From: Candidatus Binatia bacterium
GTDB lineage: Bacteria; Desulfobacterota; Binatia; UTPRO1
DNA: 64,000 nucleotides
Assembly: GCA_041488235.1 (NCBI GenBank)
Contig: JBGPOW010000001.1
Span: forward strand, 737-64,736
Reading direction: 5' to 3'
In this document: in pieces, positions 28,100 to 35,770 of the stretch
Numbering within the stretch: the stretch's first letter is position 1
How the letters are laid out: every line of letters begins with the position of its first letter
The notes under the pieces: generated by a model
What the model saw: only the letters and a program-made list of their open reading frames with translations
Database searches by the model: none
Told to the model about the DNA's origin: nothing
Program-made: the position numbers and the translations under genes

Positions 28100-28942
28100 A
28101 TGTTCCGCGTCTCTCGTCTGCTCGTCGCCGCCTCGCTCACACTCGCCGCTGCGTCGCCCGCGCGCGCCGGAACGCTCAAGTGCCCCGCCGACTCGGTGAA
28201 GGTCGGCAACGCCTGCATCGACCTCTACGAGACCAGTGTCTGGCAGATCGCCCCGTCAAACACGTCCCTCGTCAAGGCGGTGCAGAAAGGCAAGGCGACG
28301 CTCGCCACCCTGACTGCGGGCGGCGCCGTGCAGCTCGGCTGCACCTTCGCACCATTCAGTCAGACGGCCTATCCGACGAATTTCCCGAATAGCGGCCAGT
28401 GGACGCCGGTCCTCGGATCGGTGCCGCCGAGCCCGGGCGTCTACGCGGTCTCGATCCCCGGCGTGCTGCCGAGCTCGTGCATCACCTGGTTCCAAGCGGC
28501 ACAGGCGTGCGGCGTCTCGGGGAAGCGTTTACTCACGAATCTTGAGTGGCAGAATGCGGCGGCGGGGACGCCCGATCCGGGAACGGACAACGGCACGACG
28601 GACTGCAACATCTCCACCGCCGGCAACCCGGTGAACACCGGATCGCGATCGAACTGCAAGTCGAGCTGGGGCGCGTTCGACATGGTCGGCAACGTCGACG
28701 AGTGGGTGGCGGATTGGGCGGATCTCAACACGACGGGCTGCACCGATTCGACGACCTTCTTCGGCTTCGCCGGCACCGGTGATCAAATATGTTTCGGCGG
28801 GGACGGTAGTCCGAAAGCTCCGGGGGCGTTGCGTCGCGGCGGCATTTGGGTCAGCGGCGCGGGCGCCGGCGTCTTCTCCGTGAATGCCGCCTTCGGTCCG
28901 GCGTTCTCGTTCCTCAACGTCGGGTTCCGCTGTGCCCGCTGA
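28100..28942 (+). CDS. Secreted FGE-sulfatase/SUMF1-domain protein (formylglycine-generating-enzyme family)
   Basis: Signal peptide MFRVSRLLVAASLTLAAASPARA. C-terminal FDMVGNVDEWVADW...RGGIW...GFRCAR, the hallmark ending of the SUMF1/FGE fold. Confidence 0.7.
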   Translation: MFRVSRLLVAASLTLAAASPARAGTLKCPADSVKVGNACIDLYETSVWQIAPSNTSLVKAVQKGKATLATLTAGGAVQLGCTFAPFSQTAYPTNFPNSGQWTPVLGSVPPSPGVYAVSIPGVLPSSCITWFQAAQACGVSGKRLLTNLEWQNAAAGTPDPGTDNGTTDCNISTAGNPVNTGSRSNCKSSWGAFDMVGNVDEWVADWADLNTTGCTDSTTFFGFAGTGDQICFGGDGSPKAPGALRRGGIWVSGAGAGVFSVNAAFGPAFSFLNVGFRCAR

Positions 28943-29000
28943 GTCGTCCCGGGCTTTGGCCCTTTGACAGTTTGATCTTTGGCTCTCCTCGGGTGTGGAG

Positions 29001-29032
29001 GGGCGGGCGGCTGTTACGGCTGCCGCCCGCCC
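29001..29032. terminator. GC-rich hairpin (11-bp stem) overlapping the stop of the second IS1 transposase, between the FGE gene (+) and the transposase gene (-)
   Basis: GGGCGGGCGGC-tgttacggct-GCCGCCCGCCC. No T-run. Confidence 0.3.
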
Positions 29033-30045
29033 TTGATCACGCGGAAGCGTTTCGGTCCTAGATTACCGCGCGTCTTGTTCGGCCGCGGGCGATCCGCCAG
29101 CGCGCCGCCCCAGGTGTTCTTCGCGCGACCGGCGCTCATGCCTCTGATCGGCTCCGGCGCGGGCGCCATCGGCGGCGCCGTCGGCGCGCTCAACGCCGCG
29201 TCGATCAACTCGCCGATCGTCCACACGTGGTCAGTGATGCCGAGCGCCATTGCAGGCGTGCAGCGCAACGCCTCGTGGACGCGGCAGAGATTGTAGTGGG
29301 CGATGTGCAGCGCAATCGCGGCCTGGTGATTCGCGAGCTTCTTCGAGAAGCCGTTCGTCAGGCGCGTGAACCGGCGTGACGCCATCCGCGTCGTCAAGTT
29401 GAAACGCTCGACGTAGCTCGTGCTGATCTTCGTGGGGTCTGGGTCGCCCTGAAGCACGGTGCGCTCCGTGCTTCTTATCTTGCCCGGTGAGTAGCGAACC
29501 GCGGCCTCGTTTCCGATCGTCACGGCGTAGTTCTTCACGATGGTCGCGAAGTCCACGTCGTCGCCGAACGCGCGCTCGATTGCATCGGGGTACGCGGACC
29601 AGCCGTCCGCCGTGATCTGCGGCCGGTTGAGCACCCGTGCGCGGAGATCGGAGACGATGGCGCGGGTGTTCTCGGTGCTGCGCTTCCCGACGACGTACGT
29701 CAGGACGGCCTTGCTCGTCGCATCGAGCGCGAGGAACAAGTAGCAGTCGCCGTATTCCTTCGGATCTTCGGGGCGGACGCGCTTCGCCTTCTTGAACAAA
29801 AACGACCAGCTCTCATCAAGCTCGATTACGCTGACCTGAAGGTTGCGGAGCATGCCGTCGAGCAGCCGACGGCATCCGTCGCCGACCTGGACGCCGAGCC
29901 GCATCACGGTGTCGCGGTGCGTGTCGGTCAGGCGCTCCGTCGCGCGGATCGAGCAACCTTCCGTCAGCGCGCCGACGATGCGGGTTTGGGTCTCACGAGA
30001 GAGGGTATTCACGGGTGTTGCCTTCCTCCGAGGGGCGACCCACAA
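29014..30045 (-). CDS. IS1-family transposase (InsAB-like fusion), apparently intact
   Basis: 343 aa with an HTH N-terminus (TRIVGALTEGCSIRATERLTD) and IELDESWSF...YLFLALDATSKAVLTYVVGKRS...ITADGWSAYPD...STSYVERFNLTTRMASRRFTRLTNGFSKKLANHQAAIALHIAHYNLCRVHEALRCTPAMALG... It is about 70% identical to the frameshifted copy by eye and lies in the opposite orientation. Confidence 0.8.
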   Translation of the reverse strand: MWVAPRRKATPVNTLSRETQTRIVGALTEGCSIRATERLTDTHRDTVMRLGVQVGDGCRRLLDGMLRNLQVSVIELDESWSFLFKKAKRVRPEDPKEYGDCYLFLALDATSKAVLTYVVGKRSTENTRAIVSDLRARVLNRPQITADGWSAYPDAIERAFGDDVDFATIVKNYAVTIGNEAAVRYSPGKIRSTERTVLQGDPDPTKISTSYVERFNLTTRMASRRFTRLTNGFSKKLANHQAAIALHIAHYNLCRVHEALRCTPAMALGITDHVWTIGELIDAALSAPTAPPMAPAPEPIRGMSAGRAKNTWGGALADRPRPNKTRGNLGPKRFRVIKGGRQP

Positions 30046-30089
30046 TCGAAGCGTCTGACGGCATCGGGTGGGTAACCGCTCGGTGTTGG

Positions 30090-30125
30090 CCCCGCTCTCG
30101 GCTCCAACCGGGAGCGGGGTTTTTG
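30090..30125 (+). terminator. Rho-independent-type terminator (CCCCGCTC...GAGCGGGG + TTTTT) in the IS left end, oriented to block plus-strand read-through
   Basis: 8-bp stem, 14-nt loop, T5 run. An equivalent position in copy 1 has a hairpin without a T-run. Confidence 0.4.
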
Positions 30126-30219
30126 TTTGCGGTCCACTTGCTCACGAGACGAATGTTGCCACATTCGTCCTACGTAGTCAAGCGTTGACGCCGTAGGCTT
30201 TCTGTGGCAACAATCGTCC

Positions 30220-30387
30220 ATGCCTAAACCCAAACGAAAGCCGAAGGCCCTCCGGAAAGAGGACTCCATTCGGATTCGCGTCTCGGCCGAGCAAAAAAAG
30301 ACGCTGACGGCCGCTGCCGAGCGGGCGGGCCTGGACGTGTCGTCCTGGCTCCGCACGCTCGGCATGCGGGAGGCCGCTAGCGGCTAA
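30220..30387 (+). CDS. Small ribbon-helix-helix protein (CopG/MobC-like), 55 aa. Not in the ORF track because it is shorter than 60 aa.
   Basis: ATG at 30220 gives MPKPKRKPKALRKEDSIRIRVSAEQKKTLTAAAERAGLDVSSWLRTLGMREAASG, a classic RVS..EK..L...A...G.S.S.WLR pattern. A TTGACG -35-like element lies about 30 nt upstream. Confidence 0.5.
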   Translation: MPKPKRKPKALRKEDSIRIRVSAEQKKTLTAAAERAGLDVSSWLRTLGMREAASG

Positions 30388-30651
30388 GCCCGCGTCTTCT
30401 CACGCCCCAGCGGCGGATCTTCGTGCGATACGTACTGATCCACGCGGGCGTGATGCCGGCCATCCACCTGAGTACCCGTGCTCTCATGGGTACACCTCCA
30501 CCTCTTCAAAAAGGCGGCGGAATGTGGAAGGATCGCGGTTAGTTGGTTCTTCCGCGAGCTTCGTTTCCCGTCGCTCGTTGCAGTTCTGGCGAACTGCGTG
30601 CCGAGGTCTTGAACACCTCGGCACGCATCGCCGCTCCCGCCCAGCAGCAAA

Positions 30652-30855
30652 CTAAGTCACGGCCTCGTTGACACCTCCGTTTCGCGCGCCTCGATGCGCG
30701 CGAGTTTTCTCGCGGATGGCCTTCTGCACCGCGTCGGCAACGAAGGCTTCCATGGTCGTGTCGCATCGCGCGGCGACGATCTTGACCTCGTTGCGGAACG
30801 ATTTGCTAACCCGGACGGCGAGCAGGACCGCGTGTTGTTCGGACTTCATACCCAT
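30652..30855 (-). CDS. Small ribbon-helix-helix-like DNA-binding protein (67 aa from an internal ATG)
   Basis: MGMKSEQHAVLLAVRVSKSFRNEVKIVAARCDTTMEAFVADAVQKAIREK shows a beta-strand plus two-helix RHH pattern. The track ORF extends to 30936, but that start would collide with the divergent gene at 30935. A perfect 10-bp-stem hairpin GTGCCGAGGT/ACCTCGGCAC lies about 30 nt downstream. Confidence 0.4.
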   Translation of the reverse strand: MGMKSEQHAVLLAVRVSKSFRNEVKIVAARCDTTMEAFVADAVQKAIREKTRAHRGARNGGVNEAVT

Positions 30856-30934
30856 ACCCTCGCACAGTCTGACGGGTAACTCTAGCTTTTTAGCCGTCAG
30901 GTGATACCGTCTGACGCAGAAAAGTAACGCGCAC

Positions 30935-31843
30935 ATGGCCGAGTCCAGTCAGACACGTGGAAACGAGCGGCGAACCGACGCGATGCATTCGCTTGCGCGC
31001 GCCGTCGCGTTCGCCAATCTCGACTTGGAATGCCCGGAAGCGCAGTGGGAAACGCAACGCCACATCGTCGGCACTAAGGCGACGCCGCTGCGCGTACTCT
31101 GCCACTTTCGATTCCCGGATGAATTCGGGCGCGCTTTGCGGATGCCACCCGGCGGTCGCGAGGCCAAAGTGACGAGCGGTCCCCGGCAGCTCGTGCCGAT
31201 TGACCTGCTCGACACTGAAGACCCGCTGGAAGCGCAGCGCCACATGCGCACGCTCCTCACGGACATCATCACGGGCAACTCGCGCGGCGTCATCGCCGCG
31301 TTGCAGTCGGTCACGGTTTCCGTCCGTATGGGTGTCGCGATGGCCCGCGACGACACGAAGCGGTCCCGGCCATCACGGCGTCATCCGTCGCTGGACGTGT
31401 GGTATGAGTCGCCGCTCGGCTACGACGAGCTGCGCTACGGTGTCGTGCTCGGTGGGGTCGCTACGCTCTATCACCGCCTCGGCCGATGCCGGTCGTGCAA
31501 TCGGTTCATCCTCGCCAAGACCGACCGTCCAGTACGGTACTGTGCTAACCGGGAGTGCCAGCCGCGCGGAGCGCCCAAGCCGCGCGGAAAGGCGCCGAGC
31601 GTAACAGCCGGCTACAAGCGCCAACAGCGCGCGCGGCAACAGCGGTGGGACGAGCATCGCGACCGCATGCGAGCGGCGTTGAACGGCACGCCGTCCGTGC
31701 GCGGCCTCACGAAGCTCGTGCGCCAGGGAGAACGACTGTTGGAGGAGTGCTTCCGGTGGAAGGAGTCACCAGCGCGGAAAGATGCGGCGCGCGTGCTGGA
31801 TCAAGCCCGCGACCGAATTAGGACACTCGGAGCTTCAACTTAG
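30935..31843 (+). CDS. Hypothetical 302-aa protein with a C4 zinc ribbon (CRSCNRF...YCANRECQ) and a basic C-terminal region
   Basis: Long clean ORF. No family recognised. Its last codons and stop lie inside the TAGGACAC iteron array. Confidence 0.5.
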   Translation: MAESSQTRGNERRTDAMHSLARAVAFANLDLECPEAQWETQRHIVGTKATPLRVLCHFRFPDEFGRALRMPPGGREAKVTSGPRQLVPIDLLDTEDPLEAQRHMRTLLTDIITGNSRGVIAALQSVTVSVRMGVAMARDDTKRSRPSRRHPSLDVWYESPLGYDELRYGVVLGGVATLYHRLGRCRSCNRFILAKTDRPVRYCANRECQPRGAPKPRGKAPSVTAGYKRQQRARQQRWDEHRDRMRAALNGTPSVRGLTKLVRQGERLLEECFRWKESPARKDAARVLDQARDRIRTLGAST

Positions 31844-31880
31844 GACACTGGCGGGGAAGATAGGACAGTACCCGACTAGC
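31819..31880. repeat. Three TAGGACA(C/G) iterons at 22-bp spacing followed by the 15-bp direct repeat CAGTACCCGACTAGC. Right boundary of the island.
   Basis: taggacac at 31819 and 31841, taggacag at 31861, cagtacccgactagc at 31866-31880. The same 15-mer occurs at 27914-27928. The palindrome GGTCCTATAGG follows at 31906. Confidence 0.55.
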
Positions 31881-31920
31881 ATTTGCGTTGACTTACCGGG
31901 CGACGGTCCTATAGGTTTTC

Positions 31921-33306
31921 GTGTTTTCGTCCGGCGCTCGGGTGCGCCGTACCGATACCATCGTGTTCGACACTCTCGGCGACAAGCTCGACCTCGTTTT
32001 CAAGCGGCTCCGCGGCCACGGCCGCATCACCGAGCGCCACATGACGGAAGCCCTGCGGGAGATCCGCATGGCGCTCCTCGAGGCCGACGTCGCACTCCCG
32101 GTCGTGCAAACGTTCGTCGAGCGCGTTCGCGAGCAGGCGCTCGGTCAGGAGGTGCTGCGCAGCCTGACGCCGGAGCAGCACTTGGTGAAGTTCGTGCACC
32201 AAGAGCTCACGCGCACGATGGGAGGCGAGACCACCGTCCTCGACCTCGGCGCACCGCCGCCCGTCGCCGTCATGCTCGTCGGGCTGCAAGGATCCGGCAA
32301 GACGACGACGGCCGCGAAGCTCGCGCGGCACCTGAAGACGGAGAAGGGTCGCCGGCCGTACCTCGTCCCCGCTGACGTGTATCGGCCAGCGGCGATCGAG
32401 CAGCTGACGACGCTCGGGCGGCAGATCGGCTGCCCCGTGCACCCCTCGACCGCCGACATGGATCCCGTCGAGATCGCGCGCGCGGCGCAGGCGGCGGCGC
32501 GCTCGCAGAACCTCGACACCCTCATCCTCGACACCGCCGGGCGGCTGCACATCGACGACGAGCTCATGGCCGAGCTCGAGCGGATCAAGGCCGCGATCAC
32601 GCCGAAGCACGTGCTGCTCGTCGCCGACGCGATGACCGGCCAGGACGCGGTGAACGTCGCGCAGGGATTCCACGAGCGCCTCGCGATCGGCGGGGTCGTG
32701 CTGACGAAGCTCGAGGGCGACGCCCGCGGTGGCGCGGCGCTCTCGATCCGCGAGATGAGCGGCGCGCCGATTTATTTCGTCGGCGTCGGCGAGAAGCTCG
32801 AGGCGCTGGAGCCGTTCTATCCGGACCGCATGGCGTCGCGGATCCTCGGCAAGGGCGACATCCTTTCTCTCATCGAAAAAGTCGAGAAGGCGTACGACCA
32901 TCGTCAAGCGGAAGCGCTCGAGAAGAAGCTCCGCAAGAACGAGTTCACGCTGGAGGACTTTCGCGATCAGCTGCAAATGGTGAAGCGCCTGGGCTCCATG
33001 GGCGAGATCCTCGGCATGATCCCGGGTATGAAAAAGCTCACGTCCAAGCTCGATCCGGGCGTGGCGGACGCCGAGCTGAAAAAAGTCGAGGCGATCGTCA
33101 ATTCCATGACGAACCAGGAGCGACGAAACGACGCGATGATCAACGGCAGCCGGCGTAAACGCATCGCGCTCGGCAGCGGAACCAGCGTCGCCGACGTGAA
33201 TCGCTTCCTGAAACAATATGCACAGACAAAAAAGATGATGAAACAACTCACCAAGCTCGGTCGGCCGGGCGGTGGTAATCCGTTTTCACAGCTGATGCCC
33301 GGCTGA
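31921..33306 (+). CDS. ffh: Signal recognition particle protein Ffh
   Basis: ...VMLVGLQGSGKTTTAAKLA...DTAGRLH...C-terminal M-domain. The true start may be the GTG at 31963 (VFDTLGDKL). Confidence 0.9.
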   Translation: MFSSGARVRRTDTIVFDTLGDKLDLVFKRLRGHGRITERHMTEALREIRMALLEADVALPVVQTFVERVREQALGQEVLRSLTPEQHLVKFVHQELTRTMGGETTVLDLGAPPPVAVMLVGLQGSGKTTTAAKLARHLKTEKGRRPYLVPADVYRPAAIEQLTTLGRQIGCPVHPSTADMDPVEIARAAQAAARSQNLDTLILDTAGRLHIDDELMAELERIKAAITPKHVLLVADAMTGQDAVNVAQGFHERLAIGGVVLTKLEGDARGGAALSIREMSGAPIYFVGVGEKLEALEPFYPDRMASRILGKGDILSLIEKVEKAYDHRQAEALEKKLRKNEFTLEDFRDQLQMVKRLGSMGEILGMIPGMKKLTSKLDPGVADAELKKVEAIVNSMTNQERRNDAMINGSRRKRIALGSGTSVADVNRFLKQYAQTKKMMKQLTKLGRPGGGNPFSQLMPG

Positions 33307-33327
33307 GCCGGGCGCGAAAGGAGCATC

Positions 33328-33606
33328 ATGAGCGTCACCATCCGACTCGCCCGTCACGGTACCAAGAAGCACGCGTTCTATCGCATCGTGGTCGCCGACA
33401 CGTCCGCACCGCGCGATGGGCGTTTCATCGATCAGGTCGGCACGTACGATCCCCTTCCGAATCCACCTCGGGTTGACTTCAAAAAAGAAAAACTCCATGA
33501 GTGGATCCGCCGGGGAGCCCTACCCTCGCAAACCGTCTCCGAGTTGATCAAGAGAGCGGGCGTCGCGCCGGGGACAAGCGAAAGTTCTGGGCGGGAGGCA
33601 TCATGA
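33328..33606 (+). CDS. rpsP: 30S ribosomal protein S16
   Basis: MSVTIRLARHGTKKHAFYRIVVADTSAPRDGRFIDQVGTYDP. Confidence 0.9.
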   Translation: MSVTIRLARHGTKKHAFYRIVVADTSAPRDGRFIDQVGTYDPLPNPPRVDFKKEKLHEWIRRGALPSQTVSELIKRAGVAPGTSESSGREAS

Positions 33607-33839
33607 AAGAGCTGGTGCAGTATCTGGCCCGCTACCTCGTCAACAATCCGGATGCGGTCGAGGTCAAGGAAACGCAGGGCGATACGGCATCAGTTCTCGA
33701 ATTGAAGGTCGCGCGCGAAGATCTCGGCCGCATCATCGGCAAGCAGGGTCGGACCGCCAAATCGATCCGTACGATTTTGAACGCGGCGGCCTCGCGTACC
33801 AATCGGAAGGTGGTTTTGGAGATCATCGAGGACAAGTAG
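33603..33839 (+). CDS. KH domain RNA-binding protein (YlqC/UPF0109)
   Basis: MKELVQYLARYLVNNPDAVEVK...GRIIGKQGRTAKSIRTIL. The ATG overlaps the rpsP stop (ATGA). Confidence 0.8.
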   Translation: MKELVQYLARYLVNNPDAVEVKETQGDTASVLELKVAREDLGRIIGKQGRTAKSIRTILNAAASRTNRKVVLEIIEDK

Positions 33840-33877
33840 GCGACCGATGACGTCGGATCCGATCGGCCTGTCGTCGC

Positions 33878-34504
33878 GTGCGCGTCACCATGAGCGAAGG
33901 AGCTGGGAAAACATCTCCGGAGCGGCTCGTGCCGCTCGGGGTGATCGTCGGCACCCACGGTGTCGCCGGACTCGTTCGTTTCCATCCCTATAACGATTCC
34001 GCCGCCGCCCTCGCGGCACCTTGCCTCGTATTTTTGCAGAATCGCCGCCCGAGCCGGGGCGCCGATTCCGCAGCACGGTCTCGCGGAGCCTCCGCTGACG
34101 CACCGCGTCCCGTCGCGTCCGATACCGCTGCGCCGCGACCGTTTCGGTTGCTGAGCGCGCGGCCGCACGGTCGGCTCATGCTGCTGCAATTCGCCGACGC
34201 GACGACGATCGAGGCGGCTACGCCGCTCGTCGGCTTCGTTCTCGCGATCGCTGAGGCCGATCTCCCGGCCGTGCGTCCCGGCGAGTTTTACGCCTACCAG
34301 CTCGAGGGGCTCGACGTCGTGACGAGCGGCGGCGAGCGTCTGGGCACGGTCGACCACCTGATCCCGACCGGCAGCAACGAGGTGCTCGTCGTCCGCGACG
34401 GCGCGCGCGAGCATCTGATTCCGGTAATCGCCGACGTCGTCCGGGAAGTCGATCTCGCTGACCGTAAGATCGTGATCGAGCCCATCGAAGGGCTCCTCGA
34501 CTGA
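33878..34504 (+). CDS. rimM: Ribosome maturation factor RimM (with an insert between its two domains)
   Basis: LVPLGVIVGTHGVAGLVRF...PRZ-barrel C-terminus. The start may be the internal ATG at 33890. Confidence 0.8.
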   Translation: MRVTMSEGAGKTSPERLVPLGVIVGTHGVAGLVRFHPYNDSAAALAAPCLVFLQNRRPSRGADSAARSRGASADAPRPVASDTAAPRPFRLLSARPHGRLMLLQFADATTIEAATPLVGFVLAIAEADLPAVRPGEFYAYQLEGLDVVTSGGERLGTVDHLIPTGSNEVLVVRDGAREHLIPVIADVVREVDLADRKIVIEPIEGLLD

Positions 34505-34509
34505 CGCCG

Positions 34510-35184
34510 ATGCACGTGCACCTGCTCACGATTTTTCCCGAATTCTTCGCGACGCCGCTCGCGGTGGGCGTTCCCAAGCGCGCACGCGACGTGGGGGCGC
34601 TGCGCGTCTCGCTCGTCGATCTGCGCGAGTACACGACCGACCGCCACCGCTCGACCGACGACTACCCATACGGCGGCGGCCCGGGAATGGTGATGAAAGC
34701 GGAGCCCATCATCGATGCACTCGAGGCGGTTCGTGCTGGCGCGCCCCACGTGCGCCGCGTGCTGCTCTCGCCGCGCGGCCCGGTGCTGTCGCACGCCCGT
34801 GTCGCGGCGCTCGCTCTGGAGCCCGATCTGGCGCTCGTCTGCGGGCGCTACGAGGGCATCGACGAGCGCGTCCGCGAGTTCGTCGACGAGGAGCTCTCGA
34901 TCGGCGACTACGTGCTCTCCGGCGGCGAGGCGGCGGCCCTGGTCGTGCTCGACGCAGTCACCCGCCTCCTGCCCGGCGTCCTCGGAAACGCCGAGTCCGC
35001 GGCCGCGGAATCGTTCGTCACCGGCCTGCTCGAGTATCCGCAGTACACGCGCCCCGAGGTCGTGCGCGGCGTCGGCGTGCCGTCGGTCCTGCTGTCGGGC
35101 GACCACGCGGCCGTCGCGCGGTGGCGCGAGACGCAGGCGCGCGAGCTCACGCGCCGCGTTCGGCCGGATCTGGTGGAGGAATGA
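34510..35184 (+). CDS. trmD: tRNA (guanine37-N1)-methyltransferase
   Basis: MHVHLLTIFPEFFATPL...YPYGGGPGMVMK.. Confidence 0.9.
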   Translation: MHVHLLTIFPEFFATPLAVGVPKRARDVGALRVSLVDLREYTTDRHRSTDDYPYGGGPGMVMKAEPIIDALEAVRAGAPHVRRVLLSPRGPVLSHARVAALALEPDLALVCGRYEGIDERVREFVDEELSIGDYVLSGGEAAALVVLDAVTRLLPGVLGNAESAAAESFVTGLLEYPQYTRPEVVRGVGVPSVLLSGDHAAVARWRETQARELTRRVRPDLVEE

Positions 35185-35185
35185 G

Positions 35186-35770
35186 ATGGCGCTCCTCTAC
35201 GTCGCCCTCCTCCACTTCCCGGTGTACGACAAGAACGGCGCCGTCGTGACGTCGGCGGTGACGCACATGGACATTCACGACATCGCGCGCTCCGGCCGCA
35301 CGTTCGGCGTACGTCGGTTCTACGTCGTCACACCGGTCCGTGCGCTGCGCGATCTCGCGGCGCGCATCCTCGAGCATTGGGAGACCGGGCACGGCGCGGA
35401 GTACAACCGCACGCGCAAGGACGCCCTCGAGATCGTCCGTCTGACGGAGGATCTCGACGATACCATCATCGACGTCGAGCACGACGCCGGCGCCCCGCCG
35501 CTGTTGCTCGTCACCTCGGCGCGGACGCGCCGGCCGACCCTCGGCTACGGGGCGCTTCGCCGCCTGATTCGCGATGGCGTCCGCCCGCTGCTGGTGCTCT
35601 TCGGCACAGGCTGGGGACTCACCGAGGAAGTCATCGGACGCGCCGACCATCTCTTGCCCGCGATCACGGGCATCGGCACCTACAACCATCTCTCCGTTCG
35701 GACCGCCGCCGGGATCATCCTCGATCGGGTGTGCGGCGCACGCGACGAGGCAGAGGAGGCACGCACATGA
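35186..35770 (+). CDS. SPOUT-class RNA methyltransferase-like protein encoded between trmD and rplS
   Basis: [16 protein letters not shown]...[26 protein letters not shown] matches the SPOUT GxExxGL..IP...SLNVSvAa.I pattern. The stop overlaps the rplS ATG. Confidence 0.6.
   Translation: MALLYVALLHFPVYDKNGAVVTSAVTHMDIHDIARSGRTFGVRRFYVVTPVRALRDLAARILEHWETGHGAEYNRTRKDALEIVRLTEDLDDTIIDVEHDAGAPPLLLVTSARTRRPTLGYGALRRLIRDGVRPLLVLFGTGWGLTEEVIGRADHLLPAITGIGTYNHLSVRTAAGIILDRVCGARDEAEEART

Noticed and set aside
30009-30365. 118-aa minus-strand ORF overlapping the 55-aa RHH ORF
   Set aside because: No motifs. The plus strand encodes a textbook RHH N-terminal pattern with promoter and terminator context, so the minus ORF is taken as its shadow.
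31909-33246. 445-aa minus-strand ORF opposite ffh
   Set aside because: Antisense to Ffh with its GTPase motifs. Low-complexity translation.
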